DNA of 64,000 bases. Source: Sedimentisphaerales bacterium. GTDB taxonomy: Bacteria > Planctomycetota > Phycisphaerae > Sedimentisphaerales > SM23-30. This document shows, one piece after another, positions 51,587 to 60,936 of the stretch. The stretch's first letter is position 1, and each line of letters begins with the position of its first letter. The notes below the pieces were generated by a model, which was not told where the DNA came from, ran no database searches, and saw only the letters and a program-made list of their open reading frames with translations. Location of the stretch: assembly GCA_963663805.2 (NCBI GenBank), contig CAXXMR010000019.1, positions 96,001-160,000 on the forward strand. The letters run 5' to 3'. A program made the translations under genes and the position numbers.

Positions 51587-53734
51587 TCATAGTTTCTTTA
51601 ATTCGCCCCAGTGTAAATACTCATAGGCCTTGTCGCTGGAACTTGCCGGCATTTTCTGGTCATGAACAGCCTCCAGGTCGTTAATGCCTACATCAGAAAT
51701 AAACGAAGTGCTAACGGTACTTTCTGAAGCGATAGTCGGAACCGGCAAAGGACGGGCGTGCAGTTCGATATAAGGAATCCAAACAACCATAGGCTGTTTT
51801 CCACGGTGGGCACGGGCATAATATGGTATCATCTTGAAATTTCGTTTGGTTCTTTTAACATCCTGCGATTTTTCCTTTTGCAATTCTATGGCATGGCCCC
51901 GGAGAAGAACCATACCTCCCAGAAATTCCTCATCATAATCTGCCGTCAGTTCAGAGTTGTTCTCTATCATTATATTCAAGGGGTTTCCGCCTTCTAAGTC
52001 CTGCTGCTCAAGGCAGTATACCACCGGGCCGCGCTGTACAGCGATTTTGCCGACATTATCCGCAACTCGTCGGTCACATAACACGCGGCGAACAGGCATT
52101 GAGAATTCCACTTCTACAACATCCCCCTTCTTCCAGCTTTTTTTGAGACAGGCGTAACCTTTTTCCTCTACAACTTCGCATACCTTGCCATTTAACAGTA
52201 TGGTGTAATTATCAGCAAGAGGTTCGACAAATGTATAAAGTGCTGAGGAAGAACGCCAGCCTTGGGCCCAATCGGGGACGCGAATTTTCAGAGTGAACGT
52301 CTTTTCTTCCTGAGGGTCAACGTTAATCAATATTTTTCCGTTCCAGGGATATTGAGTATTCTGGGTAAGTTTTAAAGCGGTGCCGTCTACGTCAAATTCA
52401 GAGCGGCTGCCGATAAAAAGATTAACATAGACCTGGCGGTCACGAACAGCATAAACGTAACCCGGCATAGAATTCAAAAAGCGACAAATATTACTGGGGC
52501 AACAGGCAGTATTGAACCACGGGCTCCGCTCCTGCCCCGCGACAGCCTCCAAAGGATTGGGGTAAAAGAACGTCATGCCGTCCATAGAAACACCACTAAG
52601 AACATTGTTGTATAAGGCCCTTTCCATAATATCAACATACTTTGAATCGCCGTGCAGCAGAAACATACGATGGTTCCAGTACACATTTGCAATCACGGCG
52701 CAAGTTTCGCAATAGGCTGTCTGGTTGGGCAATTCGTATGGATCACCGTAGGATTCGCCGTGATGCCGGGCACCAATTCCACCGGTAATATACAATTTTC
52801 GATTTGCGACATCATCCCATATTTTATCAATGGCCTGAATGAACTTCTGATTGTCGGTCAGGGCTGCAACATCGGCCATGCCGCTATACATATAAGTTCC
52901 GCGTACCGCATGTCCGACAGCCTCAAACTGCTCGGTTACAGGTATATGCGACTGGTCATATTCTCGCTGGTTTTGGGGGTCACTGCCCCGGCAATCCAAA
53001 AAACGTTGGGCCTGGTCCAGATATTTCTTCTCGCCGGTCACACGATAAAGCTTAACCAAACCAATCTCAATTTCCTGATGGCCTGGGAAACCGTCCCTCT
53101 TTCCGGGGCCAAATACATCACAAACCAAATCCGCATTTTTAATTGCCACATTCAAGAAAGTTTTTTTACCAGTGGCAAGATAATGCGCTGCGGCAGCCTC
53201 ATACATGTGCCCGACATTATAAAGTTCGTGCGAGCGGTGCAAATTATCCCACGGCTCTTTTTTGTAGCAACAGCCCATTTTATGATTATTGGCCTCCTGC
53301 GCTCGCGATGTCCAGGCGGTATAGAGGTAGCCGTTTTCTTCCTGGGCAGCGGCTACGTAAGAAATAACCTTATCCAGATAAGCGTCCATTTGCGGGTCCG
53401 GCTTGAGCATCAGTGAATAAGCGGCGGCTTCCATAATTTTATATACGTCTGAATCATTGAAGCCCGTCTTGCCCTGATAAGGCTGATTGGATAACCCCCC
53501 GGCAAGTTTGAAATTTTCGATTCTGCCGGTATCCTCACATTTCTTAAACGCAAACGGTATAGTAACCGTGCGGTTGGTCTCCATTCGTCCCAGCCAGAAA
53601 GAATCATTAAAATGTACCTGCCTGAAAGTGACAGGCTGATAAGGGTAATCTGACAGCTCAGCATTAACCGGCACAACACTTATCAAAGCCAAAGATATAA
53701 AAAACATTTTCTGAAACATTCGTAACCCTTTCAC
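51587..53734 (-). CDS. glycoside hydrolase family 127 (beta-L-arabinofuranosidase-like), apparently C-terminally truncated
   Basis: Signal peptide; FNDSDVYK, HELYNVGH, GHQEIE, GHAVR, YCETCA, ERALYN, CCPSNI, RGPVVYCLE. Confidence 0.92.
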   Translation of the reverse strand: MKGLRMFQKMFFISLALISVVPVNAELSDYPYQPVTFRQVHFNDSFWLGRMETNRTVTIPFAFKKCEDTGRIENFKLAGGLSNQPYQGKTGFNDSDVYKIMEAAAYSLMLKPDPQMDAYLDKVISYVAAAQEENGYLYTAWTSRAQEANNHKMGCCYKKEPWDNLHRSHELYNVGHMYEAAAAHYLATGKKTFLNVAIKNADLVCDVFGPGKRDGFPGHQEIEIGLVKLYRVTGEKKYLDQAQRFLDCRGSDPQNQREYDQSHIPVTEQFEAVGHAVRGTYMYSGMADVAALTDNQKFIQAIDKIWDDVANRKLYITGGIGARHHGESYGDPYELPNQTAYCETCAVIANVYWNHRMFLLHGDSKYVDIMERALYNNVLSGVSMDGMTFFYPNPLEAVAGQERSPWFNTACCPSNICRFLNSMPGYVYAVRDRQVYVNLFIGSRSEFDVDGTALKLTQNTQYPWNGKILINVDPQEEKTFTLKIRVPDWAQGWRSSSALYTFVEPLADNYTILLNGKVCEVVEEKGYACLKKSWKKGDVVEVEFSMPVRRVLCDRRVADNVGKIAVQRGPVVYCLEQQDLEGGNPLNIMIENNSELTADYDEEFLGGMVLLRGHAIELQKEKSQDVKRTKRNFKMIPYYARAHRGKQPMVVWIPYIELHARPLPVPTIASESTVSTSFISDVGINDLEAVHDQKMPASSSDKAYEYLHWGELKKL

Positions 53735-53833
53735 CTGGTATTGAACATCTGCGATTGTACTAAAGTTGCACCTTCCAGTTGTCTTCCTGTCGTATGCTGA
53801 GTTCTTATCAAAAAAAATAGTAATTTGTCAAGG

Positions 53834-54675
53834 GGGAACGAAACGGTGTCCGGTACATTTATGCTTTCCGGCCCCGGATAATAAAAACCGACTGAACCCC
53901 AACACCTCGGGTTTGTCGTTCTCAAGAGGAAGGCAAGAGGCGATAGGCAAGAGTGAAGGTTTGGCCTCCGGCCAGTTGAAAATTTTGTTAATAATCCGGC
54001 TCGGTACGCTGTCTCGTGAGGTTTCCCCCCGGCTGCCGCCGAATCAGTTGTCCGCAGAAATTTGAACCACGAAATACACCAAATACACGAAAGAATTATA
54101 TTTCTTTTTTTTGTGTCGTTCGTGTGTTTCGCGGTTTTAATCTCTTGGCAGTTGCCGTTAATAATCCGCGTAATTCCATTAATCCGCGGTTTCATTTTTT
54201 ATAAGCTGTAATTGTCAGCGGAGAACCGCTGTAATAATACTGATAATCCTGAAAGTTTCGTCTTTCTGACTGATGAATCATGTTATAACAGATTTGACGT
54301 CCCATAAAAACGCATGCGGCGTTATTCCGCTTAAATCAGAGCTCTGCCGCTTAAAGAATCAGAGTTCTGACTTAAGAATCAGAGCAATGACGAAATGATT
54401 TGCTTTGCTGACAAAGTCAGCAGAGCGCCGCACAAAGGAATCGTTCCGCTGACAAAGTCAACAGAGCGCCGACAAAAGAATTCATCCCGCTGACAAAGTC
54501 AGAAGAGTTCTGACCAAAGGAATCATAGCGCCGACTTTGTCAGCAAAGCTCTGATTAAATCAGCAGAGCTATGACAAAAGAATCAGGCCACCGCTTTAAG
54601 AATAGACCCGCCGCCCAAATCGCAGCTTCGCCGCTTTTCTCGCCGGTCAGCCGATTAAAGAAAAACTCCTCCGCT
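53834..54675 (+). repeat. composite non-coding trailer element, copy 2
   Basis: 53834-53980 is nearly identical to 35491-35630 (one extra heptamer). Hairpin at 54066-54137. 54210-54311 and 54607-54675 align to 35770-35873 and 36187-36255. Confidence 0.9.
54325..54605. repeat. tandem array of ~14 degenerate mini-hairpin units, period 20-21 bp
   Basis: Units such as GCTGAC-AAA-GTCAGC, CTGA-TTAAA-TCAG and TGAC-AAAAG-AATCA. Confidence 0.88.
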
Positions 54676-55106
54676 TGAACGAGCGATTCAATGGCGATAT
54701 CTTGATTGGGCAGCATCCAGTTCTGGAATGGCGACATAAATGTCAGGCGGGTAGGCCGGTATTTGTTTGGGGGCCATAATTTATGAGGTTGTTTTCCGGG
54801 GAATTAAAGGGGCGTTAGCTGGGCAGGGCGGCTGCCCAGAATGCCTTGTTTTGCTATTATTACAGGAGTTAGTAATTGGATGTTAATATGGGGAGGGTGT
54901 CGCTGTGCCTATCGCATTGGTGGGATGGGGATATTTAATAATGGGCAGGGGTTACCCTCTGATTTTGGCTGGTTGATTTGCTTTTGGGGCGGGTTGGGGG
55001 TATCATCTTATTGAAGGTTTCGTTATAATCCAGGGGTGCGGTGCGTTTGCGTCTGGGTTTCGGGTGCGGCGGCGGCGAGGAGTCTGTCGGCTCTGGAGAG
55101 AGTTTG

Positions 55107-56372
55107 ATGATGAATGGTCTGGCAAAAGGTAAGCGGATAGGTTTTATATCAACGCGGTTCGCGGGGACGGACGGGGTTTCGCTGGAGGCCCGGAAGTGGG
55201 CGGAGGTTCTGGAGCGGAACGGGCATGCGAATTTCTGGTTCGCGGGCAAGTTAGACACCGACCCGGCAAAGAGTATGCTGGTGCCGGAAGCGTTCTTTGA
55301 AGATCCGGCGAATATGTGGATAAATGAGCAGGTGTTCGGGCATCATAGCCGGACGCGGGCGTGTACTTCGAAGATTCACCAGTTCAAAGAAGAGCTCAAG
55401 GATAAGATCTATGAGTTTCTGGAGAAGTTCAAAATAGACGTTATCGTCTCTCAGAATTGCGTGACGATCCCGATGCATATTCCTTTGGGGCTGGCGGTGG
55501 CGGAAGTTAAGGTTGAGAGTCGGCTGCCGATGATCGCTCATCATCATGATTTCTACTGGGAGCGGGACCGATTTGCGATAAACGCAGTGGCGGATTGTCT
55601 GGAGATGGCATTTCCGCCTCGTTATGAAAATATTCAGCATGTGGTAATCAATACGCCGGCGAAGGAGCAGTTGGCGTTTCGGACGGGGATTAGCTCGCAT
55701 GTTATTCCGAATGTTATCGACTTCAACGCACCGCCGCCGACGTGGGATAATTATAACGCTTCGCTGCGGTCGGATTTGGGGCTGACGGCTGATGATAAGA
55801 TGATATTGCAGCCGACGCGAATCGTGTCGCGTAAAGGGATTGAACATGCTATCGAGCTGGTGCGGCGGCTTAACGATAAAAGATACAAGCTGGTGATTTC
55901 GCATGAGGCGGGCGATGAAGGGTTTGAGTATCAGCAGTTTCTGATGGATTACGCGGCGAGCGTGGGGGTTGATATGCGGATCGCGGCGCGGAAGATTTCT
56001 TCGGAGCGGGCAGACGATAAGGAACTGGGCAAGAAATATACGCTGGCGGATGTTTATCTGCACGCGGATTTGGTGACTTATCCGAGTTTGTATGAGGGAT
56101 TCGGGAACGCTTTTCTGGAAGCGATATATTTTCGCAAACCGCTGCTGGTGAATCGGTATTCGATTTATATCAGGGACATTGAGCCGAAAGGTTTTAATGA
56201 AATTGAGATGAACGGGTATGTGACCGAGGCCGCGGTGGAAGAAGCCCGACGGGTGCTGGAAGATGAGGTGTATCGGGAGGAGATGGTTAATCATAATTTT
56301 GAGCTGGGCCGGAAGTATTATTCTTATGAGGTGCTGGAGCGGTCTTTGAATGGGCTGCTGGCGGAAATGTAA
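55107..56372 (+). CDS. glycosyltransferase family 4 (mannosylglucosylglycerate synthase-like)
   Basis: TRFAGTDGVSLEARKW, HHHDFYWER, QPTRIVSRKGIE, TYPSLYEGFGNAFLEA. Confidence 0.88.
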   Translation: MMNGLAKGKRIGFISTRFAGTDGVSLEARKWAEVLERNGHANFWFAGKLDTDPAKSMLVPEAFFEDPANMWINEQVFGHHSRTRACTSKIHQFKEELKDKIYEFLEKFKIDVIVSQNCVTIPMHIPLGLAVAEVKVESRLPMIAHHHDFYWERDRFAINAVADCLEMAFPPRYENIQHVVINTPAKEQLAFRTGISSHVIPNVIDFNAPPPTWDNYNASLRSDLGLTADDKMILQPTRIVSRKGIEHAIELVRRLNDKRYKLVISHEAGDEGFEYQQFLMDYAASVGVDMRIAARKISSERADDKELGKKYTLADVYLHADLVTYPSLYEGFGNAFLEAIYFRKPLLVNRYSIYIRDIEPKGFNEIEMNGYVTEAAVEEARRVLEDEVYREEMVNHNFELGRKYYSYEVLERSLNGLLAEM

Positions 56373-56377
56373 GGGAA

Positions 56378-56440
56378 TAAATCCTAAACACTAAATCCAA
56401 AATAAATACGAAATTCGAATATCGAAAAACGAAACGATAT
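56378..56440. repeat. degenerate heptamer run (AAATCCT/AAATACG/AAATTCG/AATATCG)
   Basis: AAATCCTAAACACTAAATCC and AAATACGAAATTCGAATATCGAAAAACGAAAC just after the GT4 stop. Confidence 0.6.
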
Positions 56441-56527
56441 GAAAAAGTAAAGGCTGAAGCTTGCGAAGGATGCGCAGGGCAAAATTAACGCCAGGGCGGG
56501 CGTTTGAGATGAGAGGATATTTAGCGG

Positions 56528-59281
56528 ATGCCATTAGTGACATTTTATTTTGAGCTTCATCAGCCTTATCGGCTGCACCCGGATACGAGCAAGTTTTTGT
56601 GGAACGAACAGAACGAGGAAGTGTTCCACAAGGTTGCTAATAAATGTTATCTGCCAGCGACACTGATGTTCGCGGAGCTGATACGGGAGAATCCGAAATT
56701 CAAGGTTACGTTTTCGATGTCGGGTACGTTTCTGGAGCAGGCGGAGAATTATGACCCGAAAGTTATCGAGGCGTTGCGGGAGCTGCTGGACGCGGGCAAA
56801 GAGCATCATCAAGTGGAGTATCTGGAGGAGACTTATTATCATTCTCTGGCGGGGCTTTTTAAGGATCCGCGTAAGCGTGAGTTTAAGGACCAGGTTACGC
56901 TGCATCGTCAGAAGATGAAGGATTTGTTTGGTTTGCGGCCCAGCTCGTTTCGCAATACGGAGCTGATGTACAATAACGAAATCGCTAATATTGTTGCGGA
57001 TATGGGCTATAAAGCGATATTGTGTGAGCAGCGGGATGATATGTTTACGCCGCGGGATGGGAAGGCGATTTCGCCGAACGCGGTTTTTCGGCCTAAAGGT
57101 CGGGGCTCTCGGGCGCGAGAAATGGTTGTTTTGGCACGTAACCGGAATTTAAGCGATGATGTGGCTTTTCGTTTTCGGCATGGCCAGATGACGCCGGATG
57201 ATTATCTGAAATTTCTGGCGCGGGTGGATGGCGAGTCGGTGGTGCTGGGTTATGATTATGAGCATATCGGGGAGCATTTGTGGTCAGATACGGGGATATT
57301 CGATTTTTGGCGGGGGCTGGCGCGTTCGATAGGGAATTATCCGAATGTGGTGGCGTGCAATCCGACGGAGATCGCCGAAAAGCTCAAGGACGCCGAATGT
57401 CCGGTACTGGATATTCATCCGCTGTCGACTTCATCGTGGGCGGATATGGAACGGAATACGCAAGGGTGGCTGGGCTCATCGACGCAGTACGCACTATTTC
57501 AGGATTTGGAGAATCTGGAACAGGAGGTTCATCATGCGGGCAAGACACTGCTGGATAACTGGCGGATGCTGACGACTTCGGACCATTTGTATTATCTGCA
57601 CGAGGGCAAGGGTGCGGACCGGACGGTGCATGATTATTTTAGTCCGTACGGCTCGCATGCGGCGGCGGCTTATGTGCTGACGCGGAACATTGATAATTTG
57701 CGGGCGAATCTGAAGACGTTTTATATCGGCAAGGAAGTTCGCAAGACTCCGGTGGTGATAATTGCGCCGGAGACGAGCAGGCTGCCGGCGGGTATGGGGC
57801 ATATTGCGTCTTTGGTTTCCGGTAAGAGCGGCGGGCTGGGCGAGGTGATCGGTGCGATATGCAAAGGGTTGTCGGAACGGGATATTGCGACGCATCTGGT
57901 GACGCTTAACCTGAAGCGGCGGTTTCGGCAGGAATCGCATGTTAGTGAGGAAGAATGGATTCGTTCGCGGCATCGGCTTGATTCGAAGAATGTGCATCTG
58001 GTGACTTCGTCGGTGTTTGAGAATTACAGCAATGCCTACGAGGGCAATCCGGCATTTACGGCAGCGGAGTTTCAGCGGCAGTTGATTAATACGTACCTAA
58101 AAGAGATTCGCAGTCAATATGAGGGCCGGGCTATAATTCATACGCACGACTGGATGGCGGGCGGGGCGTTCGCGGCGTACGCCAAGATGCGGCAGATACC
58201 GATGCTGCATACGATACATAATACTCATACGGCGTTTATTCCGATGCGGATGCATGAGGGAATAAATGTGGACAGGCTGCGGGATAATTTGTATATCGAG
58301 TGGCAGGGCGACCAGGAAGGGGTGGACGCTCAGGCGACGGCAGTTAAGAACGCTACGCTGGTGAGTTCGGTAGGCAAGCGTTTTCTGGATGAGATTGTGC
58401 ATGATTATTTTCTGGATCGGCCGATTATACCGTGGAGTGTGCGGCAGGAGCTGAAGGTCAAATATAATAATCATAACACGGTGGTGATTCCGAACGGGAT
58501 TTCACCGGAAGTGTTCCCGGAGAATCAGAAGGAAGAGCCGGACGTGGATAAGCCGGGGCTGGCGAAGACTTTTGGCGATTCGTCGAGCGGGATTATCGAG
58601 GCGAAGAAGCTTAATCTGGTGAAGTTTCAGAAGCAGATGGGGCTGAAGGTTGATGCCGAGGCCATCATGCTGTTTTGGCCTTCGCGGCTGGACCCAAGCC
58701 AAAAAGGGGTGGAGCTGCTGGAGGATATGGCGTTGAAGCTGCTGTATAATAATCCTGATACACAAATCGCGGTGGTGGGTAATCCGGTGGGCAATGAGCA
58801 TTATCATCGTGAGGTGATTGGTCGGCTGGCCTGTGCGTCGAATGGTCGGATGGCTTATGCGGAATTCGATAATGATTTGTGTATGCTGGGTTATGCGGCG
58901 GCGAGCGATGTGTTTGGCGCTTCGCTTTATGAACCGTTTGGGCAAATTGATGTGGTGGGGAATCTGTATGGGGCGACGGCGACTAATCGGGATACGGGCG
59001 GGTATCATGACAAGATAAGTCCGCTGAGTTTGAAGGCATGGGGTGCGCCGCAGGATAACGGCAATGGGGTGCTGTTCAAGAATTATGATTCGGGCGGGCT
59101 GCGATGGGCTTTGGAACAGACCATAAATAATCATAGATTTTTCCGCAAGCATCCGGGACAATGGGAACGTCAGGCTTATCGGATTATGCGTGAGGCGCAG
59201 AAGAACTGGTCGCTTCAGCATATGGTGGCGGGCTATCTGGATGTCTATGAGCGGTTAAACCGTGGCAAGCCGCTGAGCTGA
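56528..59281 (+). CDS. GH57 alpha-amylase fused to a GT5 glycogen/starch synthase-like domain
   Basis: N-terminal half: HQPYRL, ETYYHSLA, FRNTELMY, DYEHIGEH, TSDHLYY. C-terminal half: KSGGLGEV, HTHDW, TIHN, PNGI, SRL..QKG, SLYEPFG. Confidence 0.9.
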   Translation: MPLVTFYFELHQPYRLHPDTSKFLWNEQNEEVFHKVANKCYLPATLMFAELIRENPKFKVTFSMSGTFLEQAENYDPKVIEALRELLDAGKEHHQVEYLEETYYHSLAGLFKDPRKREFKDQVTLHRQKMKDLFGLRPSSFRNTELMYNNEIANIVADMGYKAILCEQRDDMFTPRDGKAISPNAVFRPKGRGSRAREMVVLARNRNLSDDVAFRFRHGQMTPDDYLKFLARVDGESVVLGYDYEHIGEHLWSDTGIFDFWRGLARSIGNYPNVVACNPTEIAEKLKDAECPVLDIHPLSTSSWADMERNTQGWLGSSTQYALFQDLENLEQEVHHAGKTLLDNWRMLTTSDHLYYLHEGKGADRTVHDYFSPYGSHAAAAYVLTRNIDNLRANLKTFYIGKEVRKTPVVIIAPETSRLPAGMGHIASLVSGKSGGLGEVIGAICKGLSERDIATHLVTLNLKRRFRQESHVSEEEWIRSRHRLDSKNVHLVTSSVFENYSNAYEGNPAFTAAEFQRQLINTYLKEIRSQYEGRAIIHTHDWMAGGAFAAYAKMRQIPMLHTIHNTHTAFIPMRMHEGINVDRLRDNLYIEWQGDQEGVDAQATAVKNATLVSSVGKRFLDEIVHDYFLDRPIIPWSVRQELKVKYNNHNTVVIPNGISPEVFPENQKEEPDVDKPGLAKTFGDSSSGIIEAKKLNLVKFQKQMGLKVDAEAIMLFWPSRLDPSQKGVELLEDMALKLLYNNPDTQIAVVGNPVGNEHYHREVIGRLACASNGRMAYAEFDNDLCMLGYAAASDVFGASLYEPFGQIDVVGNLYGATATNRDTGGYHDKISPLSLKAWGAPQDNGNGVLFKNYDSGGLRWALEQTINNHRFFRKHPGQWERQAYRIMREAQKNWSLQHMVAGYLDVYERLNRGKPLS

Positions 59282-59383
59282 TGGGATTTGCGGAGGATTG
59301 TTATGCCGGCAGGAATCAACTGGATGTGGGTTGTACTGATGCTGATTGGGGTGATGTTCAGTTATTTACCGGAGTAGTTTATT

Positions 59384-60550
59384 TTGAAATTTGGAAAATT
59401 ATTCTTACGGTTGCTGTTGGTGTTGAGTTTGGGAACGGGGGCGGTCTGGGCGGTTGAGGTTGCCGCACCTGGTCAGGCGGAGTTGGTGGCTAAGTGCGGT
59501 AAGGGGGCACTCTATAATATGCGGGGGCAGAAAGTGCTGGTACTCAAGGGCAATCATTATGAGATGGGGTATCAGCAGGGGAAGCTGTTGACTGATGAGG
59601 TGCGGCAGCTGGTGACGACGGTGCTGATGACTACTTTTGTGGTGCAGACAGCGCGGACGGGTGAGGTGCTGGAGGGTTCGCTGGCTGAGGCGTATCGGCG
59701 GACGGTACCTTATATTGATGAACGCTATCAGCAAGAGATGCGGGGGCTGGCGGATGGTTCGGGGGTTAAGCTGGCTGAGATCCAGTTAGCGAATATTTTT
59801 CCGGAGCTGTTCCATTGCAGCGGGTTTGCGGTCTTCGGCAAGGCCAGCAAGGACGGCGTGCTTTATCACGGCAGGATTCTGGATTATATGACGGGGATTG
59901 GTTTACAGAATCATGCGGTGGTGACTGTTTGTGAGCCGGAAGGGTTTAACGTGTTTGTGACGGTGGGGTACGCGGGGTTTATTGGCTCGGTGACGGGGAT
60001 GAATGAAAAGCAGGTGGCGTTTGGTGAGATGGGCGGTCGGGGCGAAGGCAACTGGGACGGGATGCCGATGTCGTTTCTGATGCGCAAGGGGATGGAAGAA
60101 TCTGATACACTGGCTGAGGCGGTTGAGCTGTTTCGGGAAACGTCGCGGACTTGTGAATATTATTACGTGATAAGCGATGGTAAAGGGCCGGACGCGCGGG
60201 GGCTGGCTTGCAGACCGGGGACTTTTGAGGTTGTCGCTCCGGGTGAGTTTCATGAGCTTCTGCCTCATCCGGCTGAGGACGCGGTTTTGCTTAGTGCGGA
60301 AAAACGTTATGAACTGCTGGCCCAGCGTGTGGCTGATGGGCTGGGTAAGATCGACCTTATGGGGGCGTTGGAGTTGATGGATCGGCCGGTGGCGATGAAG
60401 AGCGCGTTGCATTGTGTTTTGTTTGAGCCGGCGACGTTGAAGTTCTGGGTTGCGAACGCGGCACGTGAGGCGGGTGATAAGCAGGCAGCACCTTATCAGG
60501 TTTATTATGGTTATGATTTGAATGAGCTGCGAGAATTGTTAAACAAATAG
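59384..60550 (+). CDS. C45 family autoproteolytic acyltransferase/hydrolase
   Basis: Signal peptide; YEMGYQQG, EMRGLADG, ELFHCSGFA (nucleophile Cys), HGRILDY, GMNE. Confidence 0.88.
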   Translation: MKFGKLFLRLLLVLSLGTGAVWAVEVAAPGQAELVAKCGKGALYNMRGQKVLVLKGNHYEMGYQQGKLLTDEVRQLVTTVLMTTFVVQTARTGEVLEGSLAEAYRRTVPYIDERYQQEMRGLADGSGVKLAEIQLANIFPELFHCSGFAVFGKASKDGVLYHGRILDYMTGIGLQNHAVVTVCEPEGFNVFVTVGYAGFIGSVTGMNEKQVAFGEMGGRGEGNWDGMPMSFLMRKGMEESDTLAEAVELFRETSRTCEYYYVISDGKGPDARGLACRPGTFEVVAPGEFHELLPHPAEDAVLLSAEKRYELLAQRVADGLGKIDLMGALELMDRPVAMKSALHCVLFEPATLKFWVANAAREAGDKQAAPYQVYYGYDLNELRELLNK

Positions 60551-60936
60551 ATTAGAGGGGTAAAGCAATGGGGCTTTGGCGTGAAGAAAAAATACAGGCT
60601 AAATATAACGAATGGCTGAAATATTCTCTGACCTGGTTTCTGTTAGTCTCTTACAAATGAAATTTTGCGCAAAATGGCAATGAAATCTTCAGCAATTATT
60701 CAAAGCTCCTCTGAGTGCAGGGATTATGAGCAGTTGATGAAGGTTTGGGGGGGTGGTTCTTTCTGGACTAAGTGGACTTTATGGACGGGGTGGATTGGCG
60801 GGGGAGGAATATTGAACAAAGGTGCCCTCTAACGATACGGGGTTTGTATTTTTTCTGGTTCTATGAGGGGGTGAGTGTTATATTGTTCTGATAATTGCAA
60901 ACAGAGCTGTGGAACTAATTGGAAGAATATAACGCT

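Noticed and set aside
53610..53623. Extra motif-like AAATGTACCTG inside the GH127 coding region
   Set aside because: Partial match within normal coding sequence; plausibly chance.
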